Shown here in pieces: positions 22,619 to 32,597 of a stretch of DNA of 51,392 nucleotides. The notes below the pieces were generated by a model that worked only from the letters and a program-made list of their open reading frames with translations, searched no databases and was not told the origin of the DNA. The DNA lies in sequence record OR670591.1; one strand, 5' to 3'. Positions within the stretch are counted from its first letter, which is position 1. Each line of letters starts with the position of its first letter. Made by a program: the position numbers and the translations under genes. This stretch comes from Staphylococcus phage MVC_VPHSA1.

Positions 22619-22765
22619 ATGAAACTCGACAAGTCGAAAGCTGTAAAAATTGCTTACCTGTTAGTACCAATCGTTGGCGTGCTTGTTGGTGGAGCTCTTG
22701 CGCCAGAGCAAACAGAAAAACTAATGCAAATACTAACAGATATTATAACTATGTTCGCTCAATAA
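22619..22765 (+). CDS. holin-like small membrane protein (48 aa)
   Basis: ATG with RBS AAAGGTGATAAT. Hydrophobic core AYLLVPIVGVLVGGALA. Immediately after the endolysin. Confidence 0.45.
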   Translation: MKLDKSKAVKIAYLLVPIVGVLVGGALAPEQTEKLMQILTDIITMFAQ

Positions 22766-22771
22766 CAGGGA

Positions 22772-22801
22772 GGCTGGCTCATGGAGTCAGTCTTTCTTTT
22801 G
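22772..22801 (+). terminator. rho-independent terminator after lysis module
   Basis: Hairpin GGCTGGCTC-atg-GAGTCAGTC with G-U pairs, followed by TTTCTTTTG. Confidence 0.45.
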
Positions 22802-22906
22802 TATAAACACCCTTTTCATAAATAGTTGTAACCATTCAGAGAGTTTTTAATACTCTATAGTAAGACTACAGAATTACTAAGGTAGCCAAAAAGTTGTAAA
22901 TATATG

Positions 22907-22935
22907 TTGACTTATGTAGTAATACCAATTAGTAT
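22907..22935 (+). promoter_or_regulatory. sigma-A-like promoter TTGACT-17-TAGTAT
   Basis: Consensus spacing, upstream of 22975. Confidence 0.5.
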
Positions 22936-22974
22936 ACTAAATAGTACAACAATTTAATACTGGGAGGCTAACAC

Positions 22975-23322
22975 ATGAAGGGGAAAGAAATTGCTAAGCG
23001 CTTCAACATCGACGAGTTGCGAGCTAAGAAGGAGGCAGCTTTGAAACCGACAGCTTTCGATGTTGCTATGCACGAGGTTGATTGTTTGGTTTCAGCTGAG
23101 CAAGACAAACTAATTAGACAGCTAGGTTATTCGCTACCAGAGGATGCAACTCACAAACAAATTGTCGAGGTCGCTGAGCAGATGAAAGCTGATGGGGTAG
23201 AAATTTACGTGAGTGACGTGGAAGTAATCGACAACAAGATTCAAGTTAAGTTGTTGGTAGTCCAAGAAGCTCGAACTATTACAGTGGACTTGGGAGGAGA
23301 CGCTAATGGGAGTAACGACTGA
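22975..23322 (+). CDS. hypothetical early protein (115 aa)
   Basis: RBS GGGAGG. Confidence 0.45.
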   Translation: MKGKEIAKRFNIDELRAKKEAALKPTAFDVAMHEVDCLVSAEQDKLIRQLGYSLPEDATHKQIVEVAEQMKADGVEIYVSDVEVIDNKIQVKLLVVQEARTITVDLGGDANGSND

Positions 23323-23584
23323 ATTTATTGAACAGTTAAAGTTGAACGTCCGTAACTTAAAGGACGCTCAAGCAATGTGTAGACACCGTATAGCTGAGCA
23401 AGAGGAAATACTGGCTCAAGTAAAAGCAGAGTGTGACGCAAAGATTGACAGAGAAAACCAAGATATTGCTTACAAGCAACGTGAAATTGACAATCTAGAA
23501 TTTACTATTAAGTTACTAGAAAGTCAGTTACCACCAGAGCCGCCAGCTGGGGAGTCACCACCTCCAGCAAACGGACCACAATAA
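23306..23584 (+). CDS. hypothetical coiled-coil protein with Pro-rich C-terminus
   Basis: 92 aa overlapping the upstream gene. Confidence 0.4.
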   Translation: MGVTTEFIEQLKLNVRNLKDAQAMCRHRIAEQEEILAQVKAECDAKIDRENQDIAYKQREIDNLEFTIKLLESQLPPEPPAGESPPPANGPQ

Positions 23585-23609
23585 ATTTTAAAAATTTTGT
23601 AGAAAATTG

Positions 23610-23638
23610 TTGACACCAAAGTATGACCATAGTAATAT
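23610..23638 (+). promoter_or_regulatory. sigma-A promoter TTGACA-17-TAATAT with AGTATGAC in spacer, preceded by TTTTGTAGAAAATTGTTG
   Basis: Perfect -35 and near-consensus -10. GTATGAC lies at 23621-23627. Confidence 0.6.
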
Positions 23639-23712
23639 AATAGACAGAGAGGCAAACACAGCCACTCAAGTCAGTGCCAAGTTAACCAAGCGAGCTAGTT
23701 AGCTCAAATAAA

Positions 23713-24589
23713 ATGAAAAGGGGCAATGTAAAAATGACTAATGCAAATGGATGGGATTCAGTAGTACGTGAAGAGGAAAACAACGGTGGAGGTTACAACC
23801 CAGAAAATAAGATTGACTTTTTAACTTTAGCTGAGGGCGATACTCTAATTCGTATACTGGATGCTGTACCGCACCGCTACAACGAGTGGTGGGCTGTGAA
23901 AGGTGACGGTGGTGGTAAAAACGGTAAAGGTTGTCGTATTCCGTACCACGGTAAAAATGATTTACTTGAGAAAGCAAACCGTGAGTTTATGGATAAAAAG
24001 TTTAAAGAAGCTGACGCAAAAAGGCTTGAAAGATAAAGCTCGTAAGGACTTCTTACGTGACCAAGGATATAGCAAGCAACCATATGGTAAGTTAAAAACT
24101 AAGTATGTAATTCATGTACTGGATGTTGCAGCTGGTGAGATTAAGCTATTAGATGGAACTGGTGGTATCTTTGAAAATATTAAAAAGATTGCAGCTCGTA
24201 AAGGCGACCCACGAGAGTACGACCTAGTAATTAACCGTGAAGGTACTGGTTTCCAAGATACTGAATACACGGTAATGTACGAGGGTGGCGACAAAGAGAT
24301 TCCAGCTGATGTGCTTGAGAAATACGAGCAAGTAAAAGTTGATTTAGTAAAACTAAAAGGTGCGGATTTCTGTACTCCAGAACAAGCTAAGCGTGTAGCG
24401 GATGGAGCTAAGTGGGACGATGTACTGGAGCGCACTTCAAGTGAATCTAGTGAGTCAGACGTGCCAGCTGGTCATACTGAGGACACACCAGCTCAAGAAG
24501 AAAAACCAGCTCGCAAAGATGAGCCAGTCAATATTGATAAGTCTGAGGAGCTTTCAGACGATGACTTGAACGACATTTCTTTTGAATAA
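23713..24589 (+). CDS. putative ssDNA-binding protein with acidic C-terminal tail (frame change at A5 run ~24018-24022)
   Basis: The C-terminus ...SEELSDDDLNDISFE resembles SSB or gp2.5-type acidic tails. It is the first gene of the replication block. An alternative start ATG lies at 23734. Confidence 0.35.
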
Positions 24590-24781
24590 TATCTTTGAAG
24601 CTCACTCGCAAGCTTACCCAAATAGCGAGACAGATGTTTACTTTCAAGTTGCTTGGCTGACTAGTGAGGGCTGGTCAGTTGAGCAAATTTTTTCGCAATA
24701 ACTCATGCTAAAGAGTTAAAGCTCAATTGCGAGAACTTACTAGAAGGGCTTGAAGGTCAACAAGAGCGTATAGTTAAAGCT

Positions 24782-26209
24782 ATGAGAGTAGCAGCAAGAA
24801 TAGAATCTCAAAGAAAGGAGCTTCCAGAAAAGTATGACTCAAAAATACCGTCAAAAGAGTTAATAAGCCGAGCTGGTTCGGAAAGGGCATTGCTAGGGAT
24901 TTGTTTAAATGACCCTACAGAGATAATCTCAGCCAGCTCAAGTGGCTTGTTACCAGAAATGTTTGCCGTGGATGGTAACCGCTATATCTATATGAGTATG
25001 CTTCACTTGACTGAGAGTGGTAACACGCTTGACCCTATCTCAATATTGTCTGTCTTTCAAGATGAGAAAGCCAAGAAGTCAATCGAGGAGATGGGTGGTA
25101 TTGACTACCTAGAGGGCATTAAGTTGCAACCAGAAATGGGAAACGCTCAGTTATTCATTGACCAAATAAAGCAAGCAGCAGCTCGCAGGGCTGTGTACGA
25201 CCAAGCTCAGAAGACGATGCAGCAAGCCATTAAAGCAGCAGAGACTCCTCTCAATGAGTTCTTACAGACTGTTGAGGGAGACTACAGAGAAATAGCTTTA
25301 GAGTACCAAGTAGCGCAGGGAGTCAAGAAACTCGGTGAAGGTATGGCTGACAGGTTGAAAGAACGACTACTCAACCCCACTGAGGTTATTGGCTTAAAGA
25401 CTGGCTGGCACGCTTTCGACTTAGCTTCAATGGGGTTGGTCATTGGTGAGTTGACTGTAGTAGGTGCTCGCTCAAAGGTCGGAAAGTCTACAACGTTACT
25501 AAATTGGTGCAAAAAGATTTGCGTTGAGGATGGCATACCAACATTGTATATTGACACAGAAATGTACAAAGAGGAGCAAGAAGACAAACTATTGAGTATG
25601 ATTAGCGGAGTACAACACAAAGAAATACGTAATGGTTACTTTGGAAAGAACACTCACCACGGTAAAGCAAAAGACAAAGTAGCAGCTGTACAGAAAGCTA
25701 GTAAGGCAATAGGGAAAGCTCCTTTCTACCACATCTACATGCCACACTTCACGCTCGGTGAGATAGCCAGCGTAATTAGAAAGCACCAGATGGAACACGG
25801 AATACAGCTTGTAGTCTTTGATTACATTAAGCTACCAAGCTCAAATAGCAACTTGGGTGAAAAGGAGTATCAAGCTCTTGGCTACCTGACAAGTGGACTA
25901 AAAGACCTTGCAGGGTTGCTACAGATTCCAATTGCTACAGCAGTACAACTAGGTCGTGCGGCTATCGGTAAGGGTGAAGAAATGGATGAGGGAGACATTG
26001 CTGGCTCAGATAGAATCTTACAGCTTGTAAACCGTGTTTGTTACCTAAGAAAGTCAACCGAGGACGAGGAAGCTATGACAGGTGCAACTCACCAGTTTAA
26101 AATTATAGCTCAGCGAATGGGTGAAGACTTGGATTGGACACCTGTGTATACCGAGAGAGGCAACTGGAGGCAGTCAATGGAGAAACCAACAAGAAAGGAT
26201 GTTGCGTAG
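24782..26209 (+). CDS. dnaB: replicative DNA helicase (DnaB family)
   Basis: N-terminal DnaB-like domain (ALLGICLNDP...) and Walker A GARSKVGKST in a RecA-like C-domain. Confidence 0.8.
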   Translation: MRVAARIESQRKELPEKYDSKIPSKELISRAGSERALLGICLNDPTEIISASSSGLLPEMFAVDGNRYIYMSMLHLTESGNTLDPISILSVFQDEKAKKSIEEMGGIDYLEGIKLQPEMGNAQLFIDQIKQAAARRAVYDQAQKTMQQAIKAAETPLNEFLQTVEGDYREIALEYQVAQGVKKLGEGMADRLKERLLNPTEVIGLKTGWHAFDLASMGLVIGELTVVGARSKVGKSTTLLNWCKKICVEDGIPTLYIDTEMYKEEQEDKLLSMISGVQHKEIRNGYFGKNTHHGKAKDKVAAVQKASKAIGKAPFYHIYMPHFTLGEIASVIRKHQMEHGIQLVVFDYIKLPSSNSNLGEKEYQALGYLTSGLKDLAGLLQIPIATAVQLGRAAIGKGEEMDEGDIAGSDRILQLVNRVCYLRKSTEDEEAMTGATHQFKIIAQRMGEDLDWTPVYTERGNWRQSMEKPTRKDVA

Positions 26210-26220
26210 TGACTTACTTT

Positions 26221-26388
26221 ATGATTAACACTATCGTAATTGCATTGATTGGAGCTACAGCGTTTGCTATCTGGAGAGGGCTATTACGTTTTGGACATCG
26301 TTGTAATAACGATAAAGTATTTGCTGAAAAGATGCGCTGGGTGTTAGTTGTTATCTTATTAGCTTGCGTGGTGAAGTCATTGCTATGA
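26221..26388 (+). CDS. small two-TM membrane protein (55 aa)
   Basis: Hydrophobic segments INTIVIALIGATAFAIW and WVLVVILLACVV. Overlaps the dnaB end and the primase start. Confidence 0.3.
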   Translation: MINTIVIALIGATAFAIWRGLLRFGHRCNNDKVFAEKMRWVLVVILLACVVKSLL

Positions 26389-27397
26389 GTGTTGCAGATA
26401 AATTAAGAGAGGAACTAGACGTTCTCAAGGTGCTACATGCCTTGGGAGCTCAACACATTAAAGGTTCTGGGGAGATACGCTGTCCATGTATAATACATGG
26501 CGGAGATAACCCCACAGCCTTTGTAATCAACGAGACCACTGGCAACTGGTTTTGTCATACTGGCTGTTTGGACGGTGGAGATATATATGATTTGATAATG
26601 CAAGTTGAGGAGATTACTTTCAAGAAGTCTCTCGCTTGGCTTGCTGATTTGCTGGGAATAGATGTTGACTGGACAGTTGAACATGTTGAGGAAGGTCATT
26701 TCAGAAAAGAAGCTCGTAAGTTCATAGAGCAAATGAGAAAGAGACACAAGCAGCATGACCTCCCAGCTTACAAGATTAAAAACATGAAGTTTGCTAAAGT
26801 GAAAGAATACAGAGGCTACTCACCAGAGACGCTGGACTTTTGGAAGATACGCTATTGCACTGAGGGAGAACTAAAGGACCGCATAGTTATGGCTCTTGAG
26901 GACGTTGACAGGAGACTGGTAGGTATTACTGGCAGAGCAACCAAAGCAGAGCAGGTGGAAAGTTCATGCACCGTCCTAGAAACTTGCATACAGGTTACTT
27001 CCTCACAGGTCTTGGACGAAATCTAGAATACATTCGAGAAGCACACAACACAGTCAAGATTGTAGAGGGACTATTTGACTCAGCTAAATGGTGGGATTGT
27101 GGTCATAAAAATGTAGCTTGCCCTATTGGAATATTCTTTACAGATGAACACATAAGGCAGCTCTACAAGGCAGGAGTGACGACGCTTGAGTTTGCATTCG
27201 ATAATGACAAAGCTGGTAGAAATGGCACTCGCAAAGCCATTGAGAAAGCGAGAGGAAAGTTTGAGATATATTGTCTTGTCTACCCAGAAGGGAAGGACGC
27301 TGACGATTGCACGAAAGAAGAACTCGCAGAAGTAGCAGCTAATCGTTTGAATATCTGGGAATGGTATGAACTGTTTGGGAAGGAGAAAGAAGAATGA
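26364..27397 (+). CDS. DNA primase (DnaG-like; Zn-binding CHC2 + TOPRIM), frame change ~26970-27020
   Basis: Zn motif CPCIIHGGDNP...CHTGC. A TOPRIM-like region (EGLFDS, DND) lies in the second fragment. Confidence 0.7.
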
Positions 27398-27579
27398 AAC
27401 TTGTATATGTGCATATGAGAGATTGTGACGCACCAGTTAAGCTGGAAGTAAGTGACCACGAGGCAGGAGTCATAGCTCTGAGATTGGAGAGCGCTCAGTA
27501 TGACTTTGTAAAAGTTGGCTCATTGGTATTACCTAAGTGTGACATTCAAAAAGTTAAATTTACGGAGGTTGGTAAGTAA
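27394..27579 (+). CDS. hypothetical protein (61 aa)
   Basis: ORF with overlapping start (ATGA). Confidence 0.35.
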   Translation: MKLVYVHMRDCDAPVKLEVSDHEAGVIALRLESAQYDFVKVGSLVLPKCDIQKVKFTEVGK

Positions 27580-29899
27580 TGGTTATTATCTTACGAGGAA
27601 CGATTGAGGAAGAATACAACGAGAGTAAGTTAGTTAAGTCAATTATGGACGCACTCGCTGTTGATGGACTGACAGCCGAGCAAGGCGCTAAATATCTGGA
27701 TAGAGTGAAACGTTTCGTAACTCGTAAGCGTTCCATTACGACTGATGCAATACGAGAAAAAGCTATTCAGTTAGCTCTAGAGCAAGTAAGTACTACGTCT
27801 CAACAGTGGGACGCTGTAGCTCGTAACTTACGTTTGCAACAACTATATAGCGCAGCTCGTAAGAATCGCCAAGGAGCTATCTACAACGAGCATAAAGACT
27901 CGCTTGACTATCTTATTACTAAATTAGTACACCTTGGAGTATATGCTCCAGAAATGAAAAGCAAATTTACTTTCCAAGAGATTTGTACTTTACAGAAAGC
28001 CATTATTCCTAAACGTGATAAGTTACTAAATTATGCAGGTCTTACTATGTTGGCTGACCGTTACAACGCTCAAGATAACGAGAAAGGTGTCTGGGAGCTT
28101 CCTCAAGAGCGTTGGATGGCTATGAGTATGTTTATACACCAAGACGAAACAAAACACCGTATAGCACGAATTATTGAGGGATACGAGGAGCTGAGCCAGC
28201 TTAACGGTACAATGGCAACTCCAACTATGGGGAATGCAGCTAAAGCGTTTGGTCAGCTATCGAGTTGCTTTATTGATACACTGGACGACTCACTGGAAGG
28301 TATCTACTTCAATAACGTTGATGTTGCTCGACTTAGTAAAGCTGGTGGAGGACTTGGAGTATATGCTGGAAACATTCGAGCTCTTGGAGCACCTATTCGT
28401 GGATACAAAGGAGCAAGCGGTGGAGTCGTGCCTTGATTCGACAACTCAACAACACAGCTGTTTCGGTTGACCAATTAGGAAAGCGTCAAGGAGCTGTAGC
28501 GGTTTATCTTGACATCTTCCACAAGGACATTGAGAAGTTTCTTGACTTACGTTTGAACAACGGAGACGAAAAAGAACGAGCTCATGAGATTCACCTTGGC
28601 GTATGTATTCCTGACTTGTTCATGAAGACTCTCAGAGAGGACGGAGAGTGGCACTTATTCTGTCCTTATGAGGTAGAACAGCACATGGGATGGAAACTAC
28701 AAGACTCGTATGACGAGAAGGGGAGAGAAGAAGGTGGGAGCTTTACAGAACGCTATAACGCTTGTGTTAGTAACCCGTTATTACCTCGTAAGACTGTTAA
28801 GGCGATAGACCTTTACATTCAGATTTTCAAGAGTCGCCTTGAGGGTGGCGAGCCTTACATGTTCTACAGAGACGAGGCTAACCGTAAGAACCCTAACAAG
28901 CACGCTGGTATGATTTACTGCTCGAATTTGTGTACAGAGATATTCCAGAACATGAGCCCGACAGTCTTCTTGGAGGAGGTTATTGTCAAGGATAACGGTA
29001 AGAGACAGAAACAGCTAACATTCGAAATGGGTGACTTTGTAGTATGTAATCTAGCAAGCTTGAATCTTAGTAAATTTGTTGGAGAGAATCGCAAACACCT
29101 AGCTCAGTCAATTAGAGTATTTATGAGAATGCTTGACAACATTATTGACCTCAACAAGTCACGTATAGACGTAGCTCAAGCAGTTGATACCAACGACAGA
29201 TACAGAGCTACTGGGCTTGGAACTTACGGACTTCACCACTTAATGGCACTAGAAGGAGTACCTTGGGAGTCAGAAAAAGCTATCGAGTTTAACGACAAGC
29301 TGTATGAAGAAATTAACTTCCATGCGATTACAGCCTCAATGGAATTAGCTAAAGAGCGTGGAGCTTACGAGTTATTCAAAGGCTCTGACTGGGACACTGG
29401 CGCTTACTTTGAAGACAGAGGCTACATTTTACACGACGCTGTAACTTTTGAGACAGTTCACTGGGAACAACTTGCAGATGAGGTACATGAGCACGGAGTC
29501 CGTAACGGAAACATTATGGCTGTAGCTCCCAACACGTCTACCTCAGTGGTTGCAGGTACTACAGCGAGTCGTGACCCTATCTTCAACTTAGAGTACAGCG
29601 AGGAGCGTAAGGGCTTCAAGTTTACTGTAGTAGCTCCAGACTTATCGCCAGCCACTTTCCCTTACTATGCGAAAGGTGCTTTCAATATGGACCAATCTTG
29701 GAGCGTAAAGAGTACTATCGCAGCTCAGCGCCACGTTGACCAAGGAATTAGCTTTAACATGTACTTCAAGAAAGGCGTACAGATTCAAGAAATGTATGAG
29801 CGTGATATGGAAGCTTGGGAGGGTGGACTAAAAGCCACTTACTATGTAAGAACTAAGAACCCTCAAGAGATTGAGGATGACTGTGTTGCATGTCAGTAG
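27579..29899 (+). CDS. nrdE: ribonucleotide reductase large subunit (class I NrdE/NrdA-like), frame change ~28425-28440
   Basis: Motifs AGGGLGVYAGNIR, AVAVYLDIFHKDIEKFLDLR, SNLCTEI, and a C-terminal Cys pair CVACQ. Confidence 0.85.
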
Positions 29900-30336
29900 A
29901 ACTGTGGAGAGAATTTCCTCTCAATAATAACTATCTGGTTAGTAACTTTGGTCGTGTGAAAAGTACATTTAGAAACAAAGTACTCAAAGAATTGAATGGC
30001 AAGTTTTACAATAAGTATTGCTTACAAGGCAAATGGTTTGATTGTCATAGGGTTGTCGCTCTTACTTGGGTTGACAACCCAGACGGTAAACCACAAGTCA
30101 ACCACAAAGACGGCAACAGAAAGAATAACCACCCAAACAACTTGGAGTGGGTTACTCCCTCAGAAAATATACTTCACGCTATAGAGAGTGGAGCTATTAA
30201 ACTTAAATTAACGAGGGAACAAATACTTGAGATTCGCAACTCAAAAGAAAACCAATATGAGCTGGCTAAGCGGTTTGGAATAGCTCAGAGCTATGTCTCT
30301 GAAATTCAGCTTAATAAAATTCATAAACAATATTAA
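29890..30336 (+). CDS. HNH homing endonuclease (NUMOD4 + HNH_3) between nrdE and nrdF
   Basis: NUMOD4-like motif WREFPLNNNYLVSNFGRVKS, and HNH_3 motif VNHKDGNRKNNHPNNLEWVTPSEN. Confidence 0.8.
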   Translation: MSVELWREFPLNNNYLVSNFGRVKSTFRNKVLKELNGKFYNKYCLQGKWFDCHRVVALTWVDNPDGKPQVNHKDGNRKNNHPNNLEWVTPSENILHAIESGAIKLKLTREQILEIRNSKENQYELAKRFGIAQSYVSEIQLNKIHKQY

Positions 30337-30350
30337 AAGGTGGAGATTGG

Positions 30351-31390
30351 ATGTTAAACGAAAGAAATTTGTTTGATAAAACAGCGCCAAATATGTCAAC
30401 TGGGATTATTAATGGTCGTTATAGTGGAGTACTCAACTGGGATAATGTGAGGTTCAAGTGGGCATTCCCTCTTACAAACAGATTCTCAGCAACTTCTGGA
30501 CACCGTTCCAGATTCCTATGAGAGACGACCAAACAAGCTGGCTCACATTGTCAAAGGATGAGCAGGAAAGCTTCAAGTTGATTCTTGGTTTACTGTACGG
30601 ACTAGACAGCATTCAAACAACTTACGTAGACGAAACAACAAAGTATATTACTGACAGCTCATTACAAGCTATTGCTATTAACATTGCTCAACAAGAAGCG
30701 AACCACAACCATAGTTACAGTTACGTGTTGAGCTCATTAGTACCACAACAAGTACAGGATGAGGTGGCAAACTTCTGGCGCACTAACGAGGTCATTCTTG
30801 AGCGTAATGAATTTATATTCAACCTATACCAAGACTTTATAGATAACCCTTCTCCTAAGACATTTATTCGCTCTCTCGTGGCAGATATTATCTTAGAAGG
30901 AATCAACTTCTATGCTTCATTTGCTTTCTTTTATGACCTTGCTCGCCAAGGAAAGATGAGTCGTACTAACGAAATGATAAACTACATTAACCGAGACGAG
31001 AACTTGCACGTTAGATTCTATGGTAATGTGCTTATCGAAACACTACGAGAAAACCCAGAGCTGAACACTCCAGAGTTTCGTGAGTGGGTTGGTACTACAA
31101 TGGATGAGGCTGTGCGCTTAGAACAAAAGTGGGGTGACTACATTATTGGTGACAAGTTTGACAGCATCGACTCAGTAGACTTGAACGAGTACGTTGAGTT
31201 CACAGCTAACAAACGACTTATGCAGATGGGATTTGAGAAGCGCTACGACGCTCATAATACGTTACCGTGGATTAAATACTTTGAGAATCCTAGTGAGGTT
31301 AAAGCTGATTTCTTTGAGGGGCACGTAAGAGATTACAACAAAGTTTCTGAGGATAACGGTATTGCTAACTTTAAACTGGGGGGTAAATAG
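30351..31390 (+). CDS. nrdF: ribonucleotide reductase small subunit (NrdF/R2), frame change ~30440-30470
   Basis: Ferritin-like di-iron protein. The ATG at 30351 has RBS AAAGGTGGAG. The downstream fragment 30458-31390 carries the R2 core. Confidence 0.85.
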
Positions 31391-31391
31391 T

Positions 31392-31718
31392 ATGTCTAAA
31401 ATTAACGTAGCTTACGCAAGTGAAACTAATGGTGACTTTGATGGTGCGGTTGATAACCTAGTCGAGTTTTTAAATAGCTATTTGGGAGCCGACCTCTTGG
31501 AAGAAGCTAAGAGTAAAATTGAAAGAATTGTAAAACATGCTGACTCATCTATTCATGAACAAATTGATGAACTAAGAAGTGAACACGAGGAAGAAATTGA
31601 CGAGATGTGTGACGAGGTTGACAACCTCAACAGTGAAGTAGATGACTTAAAACAAGACCTTGCAGAAGCCAACGAACGCATAAAAGAACTTGAAGACGAG
31701 TTGAACGACTATGAGTGA
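31392..31718 (+). CDS. hypothetical acidic coiled-coil protein (108 aa)
   Basis: ATG at 31392 directly after the nrdF stop. The C-terminal half is E/D-rich coiled coil. Confidence 0.4.
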   Translation: MSKINVAYASETNGDFDGAVDNLVEFLNSYLGADLLEEAKSKIERIVKHADSSIHEQIDELRSEHEEEIDEMCDEVDNLNSEVDDLKQDLAEANERIKELEDELNDYE

Positions 31719-32030
31719 ATGTATGAGCAACTTTTAGGAAAGCGACTGTTAGATACCGAGATGCACAGAACGGAATGGAGCTATAAGAACCCTTTCGTTT
31801 TAGCTTCTCTGTACTACACAGAAGGCATGAGCACTATAGATATAGCTGAGCTGTTTGACTGTGAGCAACGCACCGTGAGGAGATACATGAACTACTATGG
31901 ACTACCTCGATTTACTAAACGGTTTAGCTTGCTCGTAAAACACCACGGTATGGCTGGAGCTAAGAAGTTAATGACTCCAGAGTACAGTCCTCTGGGGAAT
32001 CCATTTGAGTTGAAACTGGGGAGGGCTTAA
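31719..32030 (+). CDS. HTH DNA-binding protein (sigma region-4-like / NUMOD1-like helix-turn-helix)
   Basis: Motif MSTIDIAELFDCEQRTVRRYMNYYGLP. Confidence 0.45.
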   Translation: MYEQLLGKRLLDTEMHRTEWSYKNPFVLASLYYTEGMSTIDIAELFDCEQRTVRRYMNYYGLPRFTKRFSLLVKHHGMAGAKKLMTPEYSPLGNPFELKLGRA

Positions 32031-32048
32031 CAGCCTTCTCCTTTTTTA
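32020..32048 (+). terminator. rho-independent terminator
   Basis: Hairpin GGAGGGC-ttaaca-GCCTTCTCC (imperfect) followed by TTTTTTATT. Confidence 0.5.
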
Positions 32049-32077
32049 TTCTTTTTAAAATATTTTGTAGAAAGTTG

Positions 32078-32106
32078 TTGCATTCTGGAAAGATATAGCA
32101 TAGAAT
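32078..32106 (+). promoter_or_regulatory. sigma-A-like promoter TTGCAT-17-TAGAAT preceded by TTTTGTAGAAAGTTGTTG
   Basis: Shares its upstream 18-mer with the promoter at 23610. Confidence 0.5.
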
Positions 32107-32138
32107 AGGTATTACCAAGGAATGACGGAGGTGAGACT

Positions 32139-32597
32139 ATGAAGGTACACAAAGTTACTAGACGTAATGGTGACACTTACGACGTTATACTTGATAATGA
32201 GTTTATTGTCGATAGAGGCATACACATTGTAAAAAGCAAGAATGATAAAGTTGGTTACGCTAAAATGATGGTCAACGGAAAAGATACTTTCGTACATCGC
32301 ATAGTACTTGGAGTTACTGATTCAAAAATAAAAGTAGACCATAAAAACGGTAATACTTTAGATAACAGAAAAGACAATTTGCGTATAGTTACTACTTCAC
32401 AAAATGGACTAAATAGAAAAGCAAAAGGAGTTTATTACAATAAAGTAAATAAAACTTGGATTGCTACTATACATTTTAACGGTAAGCATACCTATATAAC
32501 TTCTAATAAAAATAAAGAGATTGCTATGAAAGCTTACCAAAAGAAACATGCTGAATTGTTTGGGGAGTTTTCACCATGGAAGGGAGAATATAAATGA
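32139..32597 (+). CDS. HNH homing endonuclease (HNH_3 + AP2 domain) upstream of dnaE
   Basis: Motif VDHKNGNTLDNRKDNLRIVTTSQN and AP2-like motif VYYNKVNKTWIATIHFNGKHTYI. Confidence 0.8.
   Translation: MKVHKVTRRNGDTYDVILDNEFIVDRGIHIVKSKNDKVGYAKMMVNGKDTFVHRIVLGVTDSKIKVDHKNGNTLDNRKDNLRIVTTSQNGLNRKAKGVYYNKVNKTWIATIHFNGKHTYITSNKNKEIAMKAYQKKHAELFGEFSPWKGEYK

Noticed and set aside
22772-22801. Tiny ORF 22782..22826 (MESVFLLYKHPFHK) with GGAGG RBS
   Set aside because: It is 14 codons long and overlaps a terminator-like hairpin directly after the holin. It is more likely structural RNA than a gene. It is noted only in connection with the shared 15-nt motif.
29996-30184. Alternative-frame + ORF inside the HNH gene 29890..30336
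   Set aside because: It is nested in a different frame of a gene with clear HNH motifs and has no independent signals.
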